Shown: positions 27,305 to 38,775, counted from the first letter of the stretch. The stretch: 64,000 nt of DNA from Flavobacterium sp. (GCA_018883065.1 VEQT01000006.1:1581-65580); one strand, 5' to 3'. Made by a program: numbers and translations. Notes: generated by a model not told the origin, from the sequence alone.

Positions 27305-27312
27305 ATCAAATC

Positions 27313-27344
27313 AACCGCCTGTCAATTCGATGGGCGGTTTTTTT
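27313..27344. terminator. Terminator between convergent genes
   Basis: AACCGCCTGTC-AATTC-GATGGGCGGTTTTTT. Confidence 0.75.
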
Positions 27345-27362
27345 GTTTTTGTCATGTAGCAA

Positions 27363-27806
27363 TTACTTTCTGCGTTGGGCAAAAAAACGCTTTAACAATT
27401 CGGCAGCTTCTTCGGCCAAAATACCAGAAATCACTTGGGTTTTGGGATGCAATTGCGTACCCATTTTCACGAAGCCTCGTTGCTCATCGCTGGCACCATA
27501 GACTATTTTGCTGAGTTGACTCCAATACAATGCTCCTGCACACATTTGACAGGGCTCAAGCGTCACATACAAACTACAATTTTTAAGGTATTTGCCTCCC
27601 AAAAAATGGGCTGCCGAAGTAATGGCTTGCATTTCGGCATGGGCTGTAACGTCTTGCAATAGCTCGGTTAAGTTGTGGCTACGCGCAATAATTCGATCCT
27701 CAACTACCACCACAGCTCCTACTGGAATTTCCCCTTTTTCAAAAGCCATTTCGGCTTCATGCAGGGCTTTTTTCATAAAATAAGCGTCGGTGAAAATTGG
27801 ATCCAT
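27363..27806 (-). CDS. tadA: Nucleoside deaminase, probable tRNA adenosine(34) deaminase
   Basis: EIPVGAV, HAEMQAI, TLEPCQMCAGA. Confidence 0.85.
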   Translation of the reverse strand: MDPIFTDAYFMKKALHEAEMAFEKGEIPVGAVVVVEDRIIARSHNLTELLQDVTAHAEMQAITSAAHFLGGKYLKNCSLYVTLEPCQMCAGALYWSQLSKIVYGASDEQRGFVKMGTQLHPKTQVISGILAEEAAELLKRFFAQRRK

Positions 27807-27843
27807 GAAGCAAAAGTAACAATTCAATTTGTACATTTGCGGC

Positions 27844-29622
27844 ATGCCAAACAATTTACTTTCAAAGATACAATCGCCCGCCGATCTTAGGCTTATCCCC
27901 GAAAGTCAACTGACTCAATTGGCTCAAGAACTCCGCAATTATATCATACAGATTGTAGCCGTTAAAGAAGGTCATTTAGGCGCTAGTTTGGGCGTGATTG
28001 AACTCACGATTGCCTTGCATTACGTGTTTAATACCCCCGATGATATACTTATTTGGGATGTAGGCCACCAAGCCTACGGGCACAAATTGCTCACCGGACG
28101 CAGAGACTTATTTCACACCAACCGGCAATTTGAAGGAATATCTGGTTTTCCTAAACGAGATGAAAGTCCCTATGACGCTTTTGGTACAGGTCATTCGTCT
28201 ACTTCAATATCAGCCGCACTGGGCATGGCGTTGGCTTCTGAATTAAATGGATTTTCAAACCGCACACACATTGCTGTAATTGGCGACGCTTCAATTGCCT
28301 CGGGCATGGCGTTTGAAGCCTTGAATCACGCCGGGGTAACGGATGCCAATTTGCTTATCATCCTAAACGACAATGCCATTGGAATTGATCCGAGTGTGGG
28401 GGCATTAAAAAATTATTTCACTGCCATTAAATCGGGCGAATATGCCGAGCAATACAATTGGATTAGCTCCTTAAATATCGATTATTCAGGACCGATTGAC
28501 GGCCACGATTTAAATGCTGTAATTAGCGAATTACGCCGTTTACAGACACAAAAAGGCCCACGATTTTTGCACCTCATCACCACCAAAGGCAAAGGACTAC
28601 AACAGGCAGAGGACAACCAAGTAACTTATCATGCGCCCGGAAAATTCAATGCCAAAACCGGCGAATTGAATCCCAAAAATTTGGCAGTTCAACCTCCACG
28701 ATACCAAGATGTTTTTGGGCTAACCTTAGTAGAATTAGCGCAACTAAACAACAAAATTATTGGCATTACACCTGCCATGCCTACCGGAAGTTCTTTGAAA
28801 TACATGATGGATACTTTCCCTGATCGAGCCTATGACGTTGGCATTGCTGAGCAACATGCAGTTACCGTTGCTGCCGGTATGGCCACACAAGGCATGGTAG
28901 TGTATTGTGCTATTTACTCTACTTTTTTACAACGCGCTTACGACCAACTCATACACGATGTAGCTTTGCAAAATTTACCTGTAATTTTTTGCATAGACAG
29001 AGCAGGACTGGTAGGCGAAGACGGTGCTACACACCACGGCGTATTTGATATTGCCTATCTGCGTTGTATTCCCAACATGATCATTTGTGCGCCACGCAAC
29101 GAAATGGAATTACGTAATTTATTATACTCGGCACAGCTGGGATTGAATCATCCCATTGCCATTCGCTACCCCAGAGGTCGTGGCATAACGATTGATTGGC
29201 AACAACCCTTTTCTCCAATCGCTATTGGGAAAGCCGAACAACTCAAAACAGGCCAAAGCATCGCCGTATTATCAACAGGCACCATTGCAAAAAATGTGAG
29301 CCTAGCCATCAAACTATGCAAAAATGCAGATGCTATTGCGCACTACGATTTTAAATTTATTAAACCCCTCGACGAAACACTTCTACACGAACTATTTCAA
29401 AAATATACTGTGTTAATCACTGTAGAGGATGGCGCCGTCTCTGGTGGTTTTGGCTCTGCTATAGCCGAATTTGCTGCCATGCACAATTACAAAACTGTCC
29501 TCAAAATTGCAGGTATCCCCGATGAATTTATCATGCAGGGCACAGTCGAAGAACTACAACGGTATAGTAAATTGGACGCAAAAAGTTTGCAAATCCTTTT
29601 AGATAATTACACAAATTGTTGA
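27844..29622 (+). CDS. dxs: 1-deoxy-D-xylulose-5-phosphate synthase (short form)
   Basis: GHLGASLG, WDVGHQAY, GDAS..SG, LNDN, DVGIAEQHAV, RYPRG. Confidence 0.95.
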   Translation: MPNNLLSKIQSPADLRLIPESQLTQLAQELRNYIIQIVAVKEGHLGASLGVIELTIALHYVFNTPDDILIWDVGHQAYGHKLLTGRRDLFHTNRQFEGISGFPKRDESPYDAFGTGHSSTSISAALGMALASELNGFSNRTHIAVIGDASIASGMAFEALNHAGVTDANLLIILNDNAIGIDPSVGALKNYFTAIKSGEYAEQYNWISSLNIDYSGPIDGHDLNAVISELRRLQTQKGPRFLHLITTKGKGLQQAEDNQVTYHAPGKFNAKTGELNPKNLAVQPPRYQDVFGLTLVELAQLNNKIIGITPAMPTGSSLKYMMDTFPDRAYDVGIAEQHAVTVAAGMATQGMVVYCAIYSTFLQRAYDQLIHDVALQNLPVIFCIDRAGLVGEDGATHHGVFDIAYLRCIPNMIICAPRNEMELRNLLYSAQLGLNHPIAIRYPRGRGITIDWQQPFSPIAIGKAEQLKTGQSIAVLSTGTIAKNVSLAIKLCKNADAIAHYDFKFIKPLDETLLHELFQKYTVLITVEDGAVSGGFGSAIAEFAAMHNYKTVLKIAGIPDEFIMQGTVEELQRYSKLDAKSLQILLDNYTNC

Positions 29623-29676
29623 TTTTTGCCGCACACTTTTAGTTTCACTTTTTCGTTCCATAACAAACCCTTGCGC

Positions 29677-30639
29677 ATGAGGAGAGTATATGTCACCCTT
29701 TTTTTATTGTTAACTTCCGTCTGCATTGGGCAAACTTTAGACAGTATTGCCGCTATACCTGTTCCAATTCAATCCAATTGGAAAAGCAAAAATTTGATCG
29801 GATTTGATCTAAACGACATTGTTTTTATTAATTGGAATGCTGGAGGTGTGAGTTCAATCTCGGGTTTGGCAAAAGGGAATTTTACAAGAACCTATAGTGA
29901 GGCCAACCAAAAATGGCACAACGAATTGATTGTACGCTATGGTGTGAATAAGCAAGACGGGATTGAACTTCGAAAAACAGATGATGTATTTCAATTTAGT
30001 TCCACCTATGGCTACCGCAAAGACAGTTTGTCCAATTGGTATCACTCGGCTAAGTTCAATTTTAATACGCAATTTACAAACGGCTATAACTACCCCAACA
30101 CTAACATTGCAATTTCTAAACCATTTGCGCCTGCCTATACTTTTCTGGGAATTGGTGCGGAGTATATGCGAAAAGAAAAAAAGTTCATGATTTATTTATC
30201 GCCCTTGACCGTAAAAAACACCTTGGTTCTTGATGCAAATTTGGCCAATCAGGGTGCTTTTGGCGTTGCACCTGCCATTTATGATTCCAACGGGAACTTG
30301 CTTTCGTCTGGCAAACAAACACGAACCGAATTGGGAATGCTAATTGCTAATTCATTTAAAAAAGAGTTGATGAAAAATTTCACAATGGAAAATCGTTTGT
30401 CATTGTATTCGGACTACATCAACAAATTTGGAAACATCGATGTCGATTGGAACATCCAATTTGAACTTACTGCCAACGATTATTTGAAAGCCAATTTTGG
30501 GTTAAATCTGATTTATGACGATGACATCAAGGCCAAAGAAATTGTAAATGGACAACAAATTACGGTTGGGCCAAAAATCCAACTGAAGCAAATGATGGGA
30601 ATTGGAGTTGTGTATGAATTTAAAAACAAAAAGCAGTAA
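29677..30639 (+). CDS. DUF3078 outer-membrane beta-barrel protein
   Basis: Signal peptide, NWNAGG, RKTDD, FNFNTQF..GY, GIGVVYEF. Confidence 0.8.
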   Translation: MRRVYVTLFLLLTSVCIGQTLDSIAAIPVPIQSNWKSKNLIGFDLNDIVFINWNAGGVSSISGLAKGNFTRTYSEANQKWHNELIVRYGVNKQDGIELRKTDDVFQFSSTYGYRKDSLSNWYHSAKFNFNTQFTNGYNYPNTNIAISKPFAPAYTFLGIGAEYMRKEKKFMIYLSPLTVKNTLVLDANLANQGAFGVAPAIYDSNGNLLSSGKQTRTELGMLIANSFKKELMKNFTMENRLSLYSDYINKFGNIDVDWNIQFELTANDYLKANFGLNLIYDDDIKAKEIVNGQQITVGPKIQLKQMMGIGVVYEFKNKKQ

Positions 30640-30681
30640 GTTACCTTACTGCTTTTTGTTTATTCAAGTTGATTTAACTGC

Positions 30682-33381
30682 TTAGTTTTTCACGATTTTT
30701 TGTGAGAAATTCACTTGATTGTTGTTCACTTTCACAATATACATTCCAGATTGGAATTGACTCATGTCAATGGATTTTTCAATATTGAAATCTGTGTTGT
30801 TTTGGCTGTAAACCAAACGACCATTAAGATCGACAACCTCGATGGTTACTTTACCAACATACTGATTGATTCTAATGTTAAACAATCCGTTTGATGGATT
30901 AGGATACACTCTAAACAATTCAGGATTATTGAAGTAATCAACTGATAATGTACAGTTTGGACCTGCTGGGAAAGCGGTAAAATCTTCAATTTGATCACCA
31001 CAATCATTTACACTTCCAGCAGATGCATTTAGTCCAACTCCACGTCTTGAAAATACTTCTGTAATTAAACAATAATCAGCACCACCAGTAGTAGCTTGGT
31101 CTGCAGCAATAAGGAAATCACGACCAGAAACAATATTTGCTTGATTACAAACATCTAATTTCAACGCATCAGCAACCAAACGCATTACTTTGTTGTTTCC
31201 TCCTGTTCCAGTATATATATCGGAATCAAATCCGTATTTGTCAATGTATGCCCAAGTTAAATCCCACAAACATGACGCCCAAAATTCACCTATTACATAA
31301 CGATAACCCGTATCAGCTGGATCAACTGGAATAGGTGCATTTGAATTAGCCATCGTTCTTGGATTAATTGTCATATCAGTAGAATAGGGGAACTCTCTAA
31401 TTCCAACTCCATCTATAGGCTGATTTACTACAAATGTTCCAATTTCTCTTCGGTCGGCTCCTGTGTCGCCTGGTTTAAGTTGTAACATCAAACCGAACCA
31501 GTCTGACCAGCCTTCGCCCATTTGATCATAATTAGTCATACACCCGGCTTGACCACCGCCTACTAAACGGTTGGAAATTCCGTGGCCATATTCGTGGCCA
31601 ATAACACCATTGTCAAAGCTACCATCAGCATACAAATAAAGGTTTGCAGGCACTTCTAATTTTACGTTCAATGGTCCGTTAGCCATTTGTGCTATAAAGC
31701 TATCTCCAATTTCTTTGGTAACAAATACCGCAGGAATTGTTATTCCCAACAAACCAGTTGAGCTCATATTCAAACGCTGTGGATTATTATCTATACTATC
31801 CATTACAATCACAGCTGTTGCACCAGCGTCTTGTGCGTTTTTAACTTTCTGACTAAAGAAACATCCCCCACGCTTAATCAACACAATTTTCCCTGAAATA
31901 TCAAATGGATTTGTTGCAAGAGTACAAGCTGAATTAGGGTTATTTCCTGGAGCCAAAGGTGCATTTTGATGCAACACCAATTCTGAAGTTATTCCATTTG
32001 GAGCTACAGGAACTGGTATGCTATCCGTGCCTTCAAACACATTAGTCGTAGCAGGATATTCCCCTTGGATTGGAGAAGGACCAATTACAGTGATGTAATT
32101 AGTTGGAGGCGCACCAAGATTCCACATAAACATCTGAATTCTTGGACGAACACCATCATTAGTTGGAGTAAAATTAGCGTTATTAAGAGTTGGTGTTGTT
32201 TGGGCATAACCATCTTGAGAATCAGCCAATACTCCATCACCAGTGGCAGAATTCACTCCTCCTCTTCCTAAGTTATTTTGTTGGAAATTTCCATTCGCTT
32301 CATCAAAACCATATTGATACCAGATGTCGTGCATGATGTTGTTCATGTAAAACAAATTGGTAGTTGATGATGGTGTGTATTCGGTAGGTAAAAAATATTG
32401 TCCGCCATAAGCAAAATCAAAATTCAATGCAGCGCCCCCATCAGGACGGATACCTGTTCCGTTGTTACCGTCGGCATCTTCTTGTGCCAAAACGTTGTTC
32501 CCTCGAGTGTAGGTATAACGCAAAGCAGCAGTAGTACCGGTCAATGTATTGGCATCATGCCAGCCGTTTGGTGAAGCCAAGCTATTTCCAGTAGTAGTAA
32601 TTAATTGAAATGGTGAGTGATTTGGACTTTCGTAATTGAATGGGATTACACGATAAGTTCCAGGATTTGGAGCCAATAAAGAGGCAGATGAATTAAGAGC
32701 ATTCAACTCAAAGTTGAAGTGTTTTTTGTAGTCGTGTGTGGTGTGGTTTTTATGGTTTTTGTCACCAAAATCACAAGAAATAGTAAGGTCTTTTTTATCT
32801 AATACCTCACCGCTGATGGCATCTATTTTAATATCCCAGTAGTGATTTCCTTTGGGAGCATAAAATTGGAATCCCCAAGCCAACTGCAATTTGTTGTTGG
32901 CCACCAATTGGTAACCTAATTTGGCCAAGATAGGATCTTCGTGTTGACCATCCAACAATTGAAACGTTGTGTTGTTTTGATTGTCAGCAATAGTAAAAGC
33001 TGGCAACGCATAACCTAATTTCGCATAAGCCGACTGCATAGCTTGCAAAACGTCTAACGATGGTTGTGTTGTGTTTACACGAGATGCAACCGCTGATTGA
33101 AAACGATTTCCCATATTAATGGGTTCATCATTTTTGAACCAAAGATTGGATTGTGCATCAAATAATTCAATGCCTTGGTGGCGTTGAACCAAACGATAAT
33201 TGGTAATTTTTGTAGACGTCGAATTTTGTTCGCTTACGATAACCCAGTCCGAAACGTCTTGTGAAGTCAAGCCATATTTAGCACGATTGTTGTCTAAATA
33301 GGTTTGGATTTTCTGTTTGTTTGCTTGAGAAAAACCCAAGAAAGCAACAAGAAGTGCAGTTAATAGTGTAATTTTTTTCAT
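30682..33381 (-). CDS. T9SS-secreted M36 (fungalysin) metallopeptidase with PA domain
   Basis: FTP/PepSY propeptide, HEYGHGISNRL, MGEGWSD, PA domain (IKRGGC.F..KV..AQ.AGA), CTD (VYPNP...GMYIVKV...KIVKN). Confidence 0.93.
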   Translation of the reverse strand: MKKITLLTALLVAFLGFSQANKQKIQTYLDNNRAKYGLTSQDVSDWVIVSEQNSTSTKITNYRLVQRHQGIELFDAQSNLWFKNDEPINMGNRFQSAVASRVNTTQPSLDVLQAMQSAYAKLGYALPAFTIADNQNNTTFQLLDGQHEDPILAKLGYQLVANNKLQLAWGFQFYAPKGNHYWDIKIDAISGEVLDKKDLTISCDFGDKNHKNHTTHDYKKHFNFELNALNSSASLLAPNPGTYRVIPFNYESPNHSPFQLITTTGNSLASPNGWHDANTLTGTTAALRYTYTRGNNVLAQEDADGNNGTGIRPDGGAALNFDFAYGGQYFLPTEYTPSSTTNLFYMNNIMHDIWYQYGFDEANGNFQQNNLGRGGVNSATGDGVLADSQDGYAQTTPTLNNANFTPTNDGVRPRIQMFMWNLGAPPTNYITVIGPSPIQGEYPATTNVFEGTDSIPVPVAPNGITSELVLHQNAPLAPGNNPNSACTLATNPFDISGKIVLIKRGGCFFSQKVKNAQDAGATAVIVMDSIDNNPQRLNMSSTGLLGITIPAVFVTKEIGDSFIAQMANGPLNVKLEVPANLYLYADGSFDNGVIGHEYGHGISNRLVGGGQAGCMTNYDQMGEGWSDWFGLMLQLKPGDTGADRREIGTFVVNQPIDGVGIREFPYSTDMTINPRTMANSNAPIPVDPADTGYRYVIGEFWASCLWDLTWAYIDKYGFDSDIYTGTGGNNKVMRLVADALKLDVCNQANIVSGRDFLIAADQATTGGADYCLITEVFSRRGVGLNASAGSVNDCGDQIEDFTAFPAGPNCTLSVDYFNNPELFRVYPNPSNGLFNIRINQYVGKVTIEVVDLNGRLVYSQNNTDFNIEKSIDMSQFQSGMYIVKVNNNQVNFSQKIVKN

Positions 33382-33456
33382 TTGATATTGGTTTTTGAGT
33401 AACAAACTTAAATTATTTTTTTTGGATATCAAAAAACGCGACTAACATTAACACGA

Positions 33457-34803
33457 CTATTCATGATTACCGTTAATATTTCGATAAAATAAGAGGGCAT
33501 TTCCGTCGGTTAATAGTGACAAAAAGTGGCAAATATGCAGCAAACGATCGTAGGTATTCTCTTTAAAAACGCGATGTTTTTCTGGAACCAATTGAAGTAA
33601 CAATTTATCATAATTGGTGGCCTGTCCCCGCACCTGGTTGTCAAAAGCGGCAATCATTTTGTCAAGCAACACATTAATAATCTGATAGCCGGTGATTTCC
33701 TTCTCGATCACTTCTCTACTTTGATAAATATTTTTGACGCTCAACTTGATGATGTCATCCATTTGTGGTTTAAATTTACTCTTGTCCAAAAGTGAAAATG
33801 GAAATTTTCCGGCCAATATCGCCGGTTCGTTTTCTAAAAACACCCGAACAGCATCATTTATCAAGGTGCCAATGGCCAATGCGCGCAAATAACTTATACG
33901 ATCTTCTTTGGTGTGTAGTGTTTTGTACTTTTGGGTATCTATGGTGTCTTTTACTAATTTTATTAGGTATTCCAAGGCATAATCCTCCGAGACCAAACCC
34001 AAATTGATGCCGTCTTCAAAATCGATAATGGTGTAGCAAATATCATCCGCCGCTTCTACCAAATAAGCCAATGGATGCCGTTCAAAACCAATGTCATCGC
34101 CGGATTTATTTGGAATTAAACCAAGTTCGACAGCAACTTCTTCAAAAAATGTTTTGTCAGACTGAAAGAAGCCATATTTTTTATCCGCAATGGCTGAAGT
34201 AGGTTTTTTTGGCAAACTTTCTTTGGGGTATTTCATAAAGGCGCCCAAAGTAGCATACGAAATTCGGATACCACCTTCCACGCCAGGCCTATTGGCAGTG
34301 AGTACCGAAAATCCATTGGCATTTCCTTCAAAATCAATAAGGTCTTGCCATTGTTTGGGCGTCAATTCGGCTTTGTATTTTTGGCCTTTTCCAATCGAAA
34401 AATATTCACCTATGGCTTTCTCTCCCGAATGACCAAAGGGCGGATTACCAATGTCGTGTGCCAAACAGGCAGCCGCCACAATAGCTCCAAAATCATTCAT
34501 TTGATAGCCGTGAACTTCCTTCAGATACGGATGTCGCTCAAGGATTTTTTTACCCACCAACCTTCCCAGTGATCGACCTACAACTGAAACTTCTAAACTA
34601 TGTGTAAGCCGTGTGTGCACAAAATCGGTTTTTGACAACGGAATGACTTGCGTTTTATCTTGTAACGAACGAAAGGCCGCCGAAAAAATAATGCGGTCAT
34701 AATCAACTTCAAACCCTAATCGGGTATCGTCTTGCTCTTTACGTAAGCGTTTATTTGCATCTCCTTGACGTCTTAACGAAAGCAACTGTTCCCACTGCAT
34801 CAT
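33457..34803 (-). CDS. dgt: Deoxyguanosinetriphosphate triphosphohydrolase
   Basis: FRSLQDKTQV, HTRLTHSLEV, HDIGNPPFGH, EGNA, EAADDICY. Confidence 0.95.
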   Translation of the reverse strand: MMQWEQLLSLRRQGDANKRLRKEQDDTRLGFEVDYDRIIFSAAFRSLQDKTQVIPLSKTDFVHTRLTHSLEVSVVGRSLGRLVGKKILERHPYLKEVHGYQMNDFGAIVAAACLAHDIGNPPFGHSGEKAIGEYFSIGKGQKYKAELTPKQWQDLIDFEGNANGFSVLTANRPGVEGGIRISYATLGAFMKYPKESLPKKPTSAIADKKYGFFQSDKTFFEEVAVELGLIPNKSGDDIGFERHPLAYLVEAADDICYTIIDFEDGINLGLVSEDYALEYLIKLVKDTIDTQKYKTLHTKEDRISYLRALAIGTLINDAVRVFLENEPAILAGKFPFSLLDKSKFKPQMDDIIKLSVKNIYQSREVIEKEITGYQIINVLLDKMIAAFDNQVRGQATNYDKLLLQLVPEKHRVFKENTYDRLLHICHFLSLLTDGNALLFYRNINGNHE

Positions 34804-34825
34804 ATGTATAAATTTAGCTATTAAA

Positions 34826-34867
34826 ACAAAAGAAAACAGCCATCCATAGACAGCTGTTTCAAAGATA
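34826..34867 (-). terminator. nrdA terminator overlapping a dgt -7 promoter motif
   Basis: TATCTTTG (34867-34860), then AAACAGC-loop-GCTGTTT-TCTTTTGTTTT. Confidence 0.6.
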
Positions 34868-34886
34868 ACTTTTTATTGTTTTGGTT

Positions 34887-37304
34887 CTACGAACCACACA
34901 TTTCACAATCCTCTGGCCCTGCATTGCGCGAGCGCTCAATCATGGCTTGAAATTCTTCTTGTGTCATCTCGACTGCTTCAACAGGAGCAGCTACTACTTC
35001 TAGCGCTACTGCATCGGGAACGGTTTCTACTTTTTTGTCGTTGTTCAAGGTAAACTTAATCGCATCTACAGCAGCTTTGGTTCTCAAGTAATACATTCCT
35101 GTTTTCAGTCCAGATTGCCATGCATAAAAGTGCATAGAAGTAAGTTTTGAATAATTGGCATCCTGCATAAACAAATTCAACGATTGCGATTGGTCTATAA
35201 AATAGCCACGTTGACGAGACATGTCGATGATGTCTTTCATAGACATTTCCCATACCGTTTTGTATAGTTCTTTTAAATCGGCTGGTACTGCATCAATATT
35301 TTGTACCGAACCGTTGTGGCGCATAATTTCTTGTTTCAACGATTCGTTCCATAAACCGCGTTTCACCAAATCTTCTAATAAATGCTTATTGACCACGATA
35401 AATTCTCCCGACAATACACGGCGGGTATAAATATTAGACGTATACGGTTCAAATGCCTCATTGTTTCCTAAAATTTGTGAAGTAGAAGCTGTTGGCATTG
35501 GTGCCACCAATAAGGAATTGCGCACCCCGTGTTTCACTACTTCTTTGCGTAAAGCAGCCCAATCCCAACGACCAGAAAGTTCTTCGTCTTTTAGACCCCA
35601 CATATTGTGCTGAAACTCTCCTTGTGACATCGGAGATCCTTTAAAAGTAGAATATGGTCCTTCCTCTTGAGCCAATTCCATCGAAGCTGTTACTGCAGCA
35701 AAGTACAAGGTCTCAAAAATCTCTTGATTTAATTTTTTGGCTTCATCGCTGGTAAAAGGCATGCGCAGCATAATAAAGGCATCGGCTAATCCTTGTACAC
35801 CCAAACCAACCGGGCGGTGGCGTAAGTTTGAATTTTCAGCCTCTTTAACCGGATAATAATTGCGATCAATTACTTTGTTCAGGTTGCGGGTTACACGTTT
35901 GGTTACGTTGTATAACAATTCGTGGTTAAACGTGCCATTCTCAACAAACATAGGCAACGAAATAGACGCTAAATTACATACCGCAATTTCATCGCTAGAG
36001 GTATACTCCATGATTTCGGTACACAAATTAGACGAACGAATGGTTCCCAAATTCTTTTGGTTGGATTTTCTGTTGGCCGCGTCTTTGTACAACATATACG
36101 GTGTGCCTGTCTCAATTTGCGACTCCAATATTTTTTCCCAAAGCTCACGTGCATTTATCGTTTTACGGCCTTTTCCTTTGGCTTCATAGGAGGTATAAAG
36201 TGCTTCAAATTCTTCTCCATATACATCATACAAACCAGGACATTCGTTGGGACACATCAAGGTCCACGTACTGTCTTCTTGTACGCGTTTCATAAACAAA
36301 TCAGAGGTCCACATGGCAAAAAACAAATCACGCGCTCGCATTTCTTCTTTCCCTGTGTTCTTTTTCAAATCCAAGAAATCAAAAATATCGGCATGCCATG
36401 TTTCTAGGTAAATCGCAAAACTTCCTTTTCGTTTTCCGCCGCCTTGATCCACATATCGAGCCGTATCATTAAATACACGCAACATTGGAACAATTCCGTT
36501 GGAAGTTCCATTTGTGCCCCGAATGTAAGAACCCGTCGCACGAACATTATGAATTGACAAACCAATTCCTCCCGCAGATTGGGAGATCTTGGCCGTTTGT
36601 TTTAAGGTATCGTAAATGCCGTCAATGCTGTCGTCTTGCATGGCCAAAAGGAAACAAGAAGACATTTGTGGCTTAGGAGTTCCGGCATTAAACAAGGTTG
36701 GCGTGGCGTGCGTAAAGAATTTTTTGGACATCAAATCGTAGGTTTCAATTACCGATTTCATGTCATTCAAATGAATTCCTACAGACACACGCATAAGCAT
36801 ATGCTGTGGACGCTCCACAATTTTGCCGTTAATTTTCAACAAATACGACCGTTCTAAGGTTTTAAACCCAAAGTAATCATAATTGAAATCGCGGTTATAG
36901 ATGATGTGAGAATCCAAAAATTCAGCGTTCTCTTGGATCACATTGTATACTTCTTCAGATAATAAAGGGGCGGCTTGGTTGGTTCTCGGATTTACGTAGT
37001 GATACATATCATGCATCGTTTCCGAGAACGATTTTTTGGTGTTTTTATGTAGATTCGAGATGGCAATACGAGCAGCCAGTTGAGCATAATCGGGATGAGC
37101 TATGGTCATAGACGCAGCGGTTTCAGCAGCCAGATTGTCTAGTTCAGAAGTGGTTACTCCGTCATATAGCCCTTCAATTACGCGCATCGCTACTTTTACA
37201 GCATCGACTAAATCATTTAAACCATAACATAATTTTTTTACACGGTCGGTAATTTTGTCAAACATGACGGGCTCTTTGTGGCCGTCTCTTTTTACTACAT
37301 ACAT
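34887..37304 (-). CDS. nrdA: Class Ia ribonucleotide reductase alpha subunit with ATP cone (eukaryote-like subclass)
   Basis: VVKRDG ATP cone, [32 protein letters not shown]-terminal CEMC. Confidence 0.97.
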   Translation of the reverse strand: MYVVKRDGHKEPVMFDKITDRVKKLCYGLNDLVDAVKVAMRVIEGLYDGVTTSELDNLAAETAASMTIAHPDYAQLAARIAISNLHKNTKKSFSETMHDMYHYVNPRTNQAAPLLSEEVYNVIQENAEFLDSHIIYNRDFNYDYFGFKTLERSYLLKINGKIVERPQHMLMRVSVGIHLNDMKSVIETYDLMSKKFFTHATPTLFNAGTPKPQMSSCFLLAMQDDSIDGIYDTLKQTAKISQSAGGIGLSIHNVRATGSYIRGTNGTSNGIVPMLRVFNDTARYVDQGGGKRKGSFAIYLETWHADIFDFLDLKKNTGKEEMRARDLFFAMWTSDLFMKRVQEDSTWTLMCPNECPGLYDVYGEEFEALYTSYEAKGKGRKTINARELWEKILESQIETGTPYMLYKDAANRKSNQKNLGTIRSSNLCTEIMEYTSSDEIAVCNLASISLPMFVENGTFNHELLYNVTKRVTRNLNKVIDRNYYPVKEAENSNLRHRPVGLGVQGLADAFIMLRMPFTSDEAKKLNQEIFETLYFAAVTASMELAQEEGPYSTFKGSPMSQGEFQHNMWGLKDEELSGRWDWAALRKEVVKHGVRNSLLVAPMPTASTSQILGNNEAFEPYTSNIYTRRVLSGEFIVVNKHLLEDLVKRGLWNESLKQEIMRHNGSVQNIDAVPADLKELYKTVWEMSMKDIIDMSRQRGYFIDQSQSLNLFMQDANYSKLTSMHFYAWQSGLKTGMYYLRTKAAVDAIKFTLNNDKKVETVPDAVALEVVAAPVEAVEMTQEEFQAMIERSRNAGPEDCEMCGS

Positions 37305-37370
37305 AGTTAGGTGGTGTTAAGCAATAGAAAATCCCTTCGCTACTGCAGGTTATTTGTGTGAATTTTTGAA

Positions 37371-37441
37371 GCTAATCCCGCTATTCGCTTTATCTTTTGT
37401 GTCCAAAAAACACAAAAGGATGCCGCTGCTATCGGGGCTAG
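37371..37441. repeat. Palindromic intergenic element (Flavobacterium REP or Flavo-1-like candidate)
   Basis: CCCG..CGC..TCTTTTGTGT-CCAAAAA-ACACAAAAGG..GCCGC..ATCGGGGCTA nested inverted repeat. Confidence 0.55.
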
Positions 37442-37504
37442 GCAATCGAGAAATGGGAGGCGTGTAAAAAAAGAGTGGCGTGTAAAATAGAAATTGAAAA
37501 TTGA

Positions 37505-38482
37505 CTAAAAATCGGCGTCAAAGGATATTTTTTGGGCATCGGCATCGGTGTTCATTACACCAGCCTTTTGGTATTCGGCTACGCGTTTTTCAAAGAAATT
37601 GGTTTTTCCTTGCAACGAAATCATATCCATAAAATCAAATGGATTGCTCGAATTGTACACACGATCACAACCCAACTCTACCAATAATCGATCGGTTACA
37701 AACTCCAAGTATTGCGTCATTAAATTGGCATTCATCCCAATTAAACTTACCGGTAATGATTCTGTAATGAATTTGCGTTCAATGTTGAGGGCATCGGTTA
37801 AAATTTCAGTAATGCGTGCTTTAGACACTTTATTCACCAAGTGGTTGTTGTGCAAATGCACGGCAAAATCACAGTGCATGCCTTCATCGCGCGAAATCAA
37901 CTCATTCGAAAAAGTTAATCCCGGCATTAATCCGCGTTTTTTTAACCAAAAAATTGAACAAAACGAACCGGAGAAAAAGATACCTTCAACGGCTGCAAAG
38001 GCAATTAAACGCTCTGCAAACGAATCAGAGCTAATCCATCGCAAAGCCCACTCGGCTTTTTCTTTAATGGCGGGAAACACTTCAATGGCATGAAACAATT
38101 CATTTTTTTCGGCCTCGTCTTTCACGTAGGTATCAATCAACAAGGAATAGGTTTCACTGTGAATGTTCTCCATCATGATTTGAAAACCATAAAAGAATTT
38201 GGCTTCTGGGTATTGCACCTCGCTCACAAAATTCTCGGCTAAATTCTCGTTAACAATTCCATCAGAAGCTGCAAAAAAGGCCAAAATGTGTTTTACAAAA
38301 TACTTTTCATCATCCGACAGTTTGTTGTTCCAGTCGTTGAGATCGGTGTGCAAATCGATTTCCTCTGCAGTCCAAATACAGGCTTCTTGCTTTTTATAAT
38401 ACTCCCAAATGTCTTGGTGTTTGATTGGGAAAATCACGAAGCGGTCTTTGTTCTCTTGTAAAATAGGTTCTACGGTTGCCAT
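37505..38482 (-). CDS. nrdB: Class Ia ribonucleotide reductase beta subunit
   Basis: [43 protein letters not shown]; start ATG 38482. Confidence 0.97.
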   Translation of the reverse strand: MATVEPILQENKDRFVIFPIKHQDIWEYYKKQEACIWTAEEIDLHTDLNDWNNKLSDDEKYFVKHILAFFAASDGIVNENLAENFVSEVQYPEAKFFYGFQIMMENIHSETYSLLIDTYVKDEAEKNELFHAIEVFPAIKEKAEWALRWISSDSFAERLIAFAAVEGIFFSGSFCSIFWLKKRGLMPGLTFSNELISRDEGMHCDFAVHLHNNHLVNKVSKARITEILTDALNIERKFITESLPVSLIGMNANLMTQYLEFVTDRLLVELGCDRVYNSSNPFDFMDMISLQGKTNFFEKRVAEYQKAGVMNTDADAQKISFDADF

Positions 38483-38575
38483 TTTTTGTGTTTTTAAACG
38501 AATTTTGGTATTCAATTGTACTGTTAATGTACTCGCACAAAGATTAGGATTAGAAACGTAAAATGAAAGTCAAAC

Positions 38576-38584
38576 TTATTCACA
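38576..38584 (+). promoter_or_regulatory. DnaA-box-like site upstream of nrdB
   Basis: TTATTCACA matches TT(A/T)TNCACA. Confidence 0.4.
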
Positions 38585-38775
38585 ATCGCATTTAGTTTTT
38601 AACAAATCACGTTTTCGAAGTGAATTGAAAAAAATAATGTCAAATCATTATTAATCAGTATTTTATGTTTTTGAAGCTTTCAGAAAGCCCCTAAAAACAA
38701 GGGCTAGCAAGCGCAATAAATTAACATAAATAGTTAGAAAATAAGTAGGTGAATTTGGGTTGCAGCGAAAGAACT

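Noticed and set aside
27844-29622. dxs as a deleted pseudogene because it is short
   Set aside because: The frame is intact with all TPP-binding and catalytic motifs; only a flexible linker is shorter
37505-38482. Class Id (Mn/superoxide) or metal-free ribonucleotide reductase beta
   Set aside because: Asp first ligand (FFAASDG), radical Tyr and eukaryote-like sequence fit ordinary class Ia
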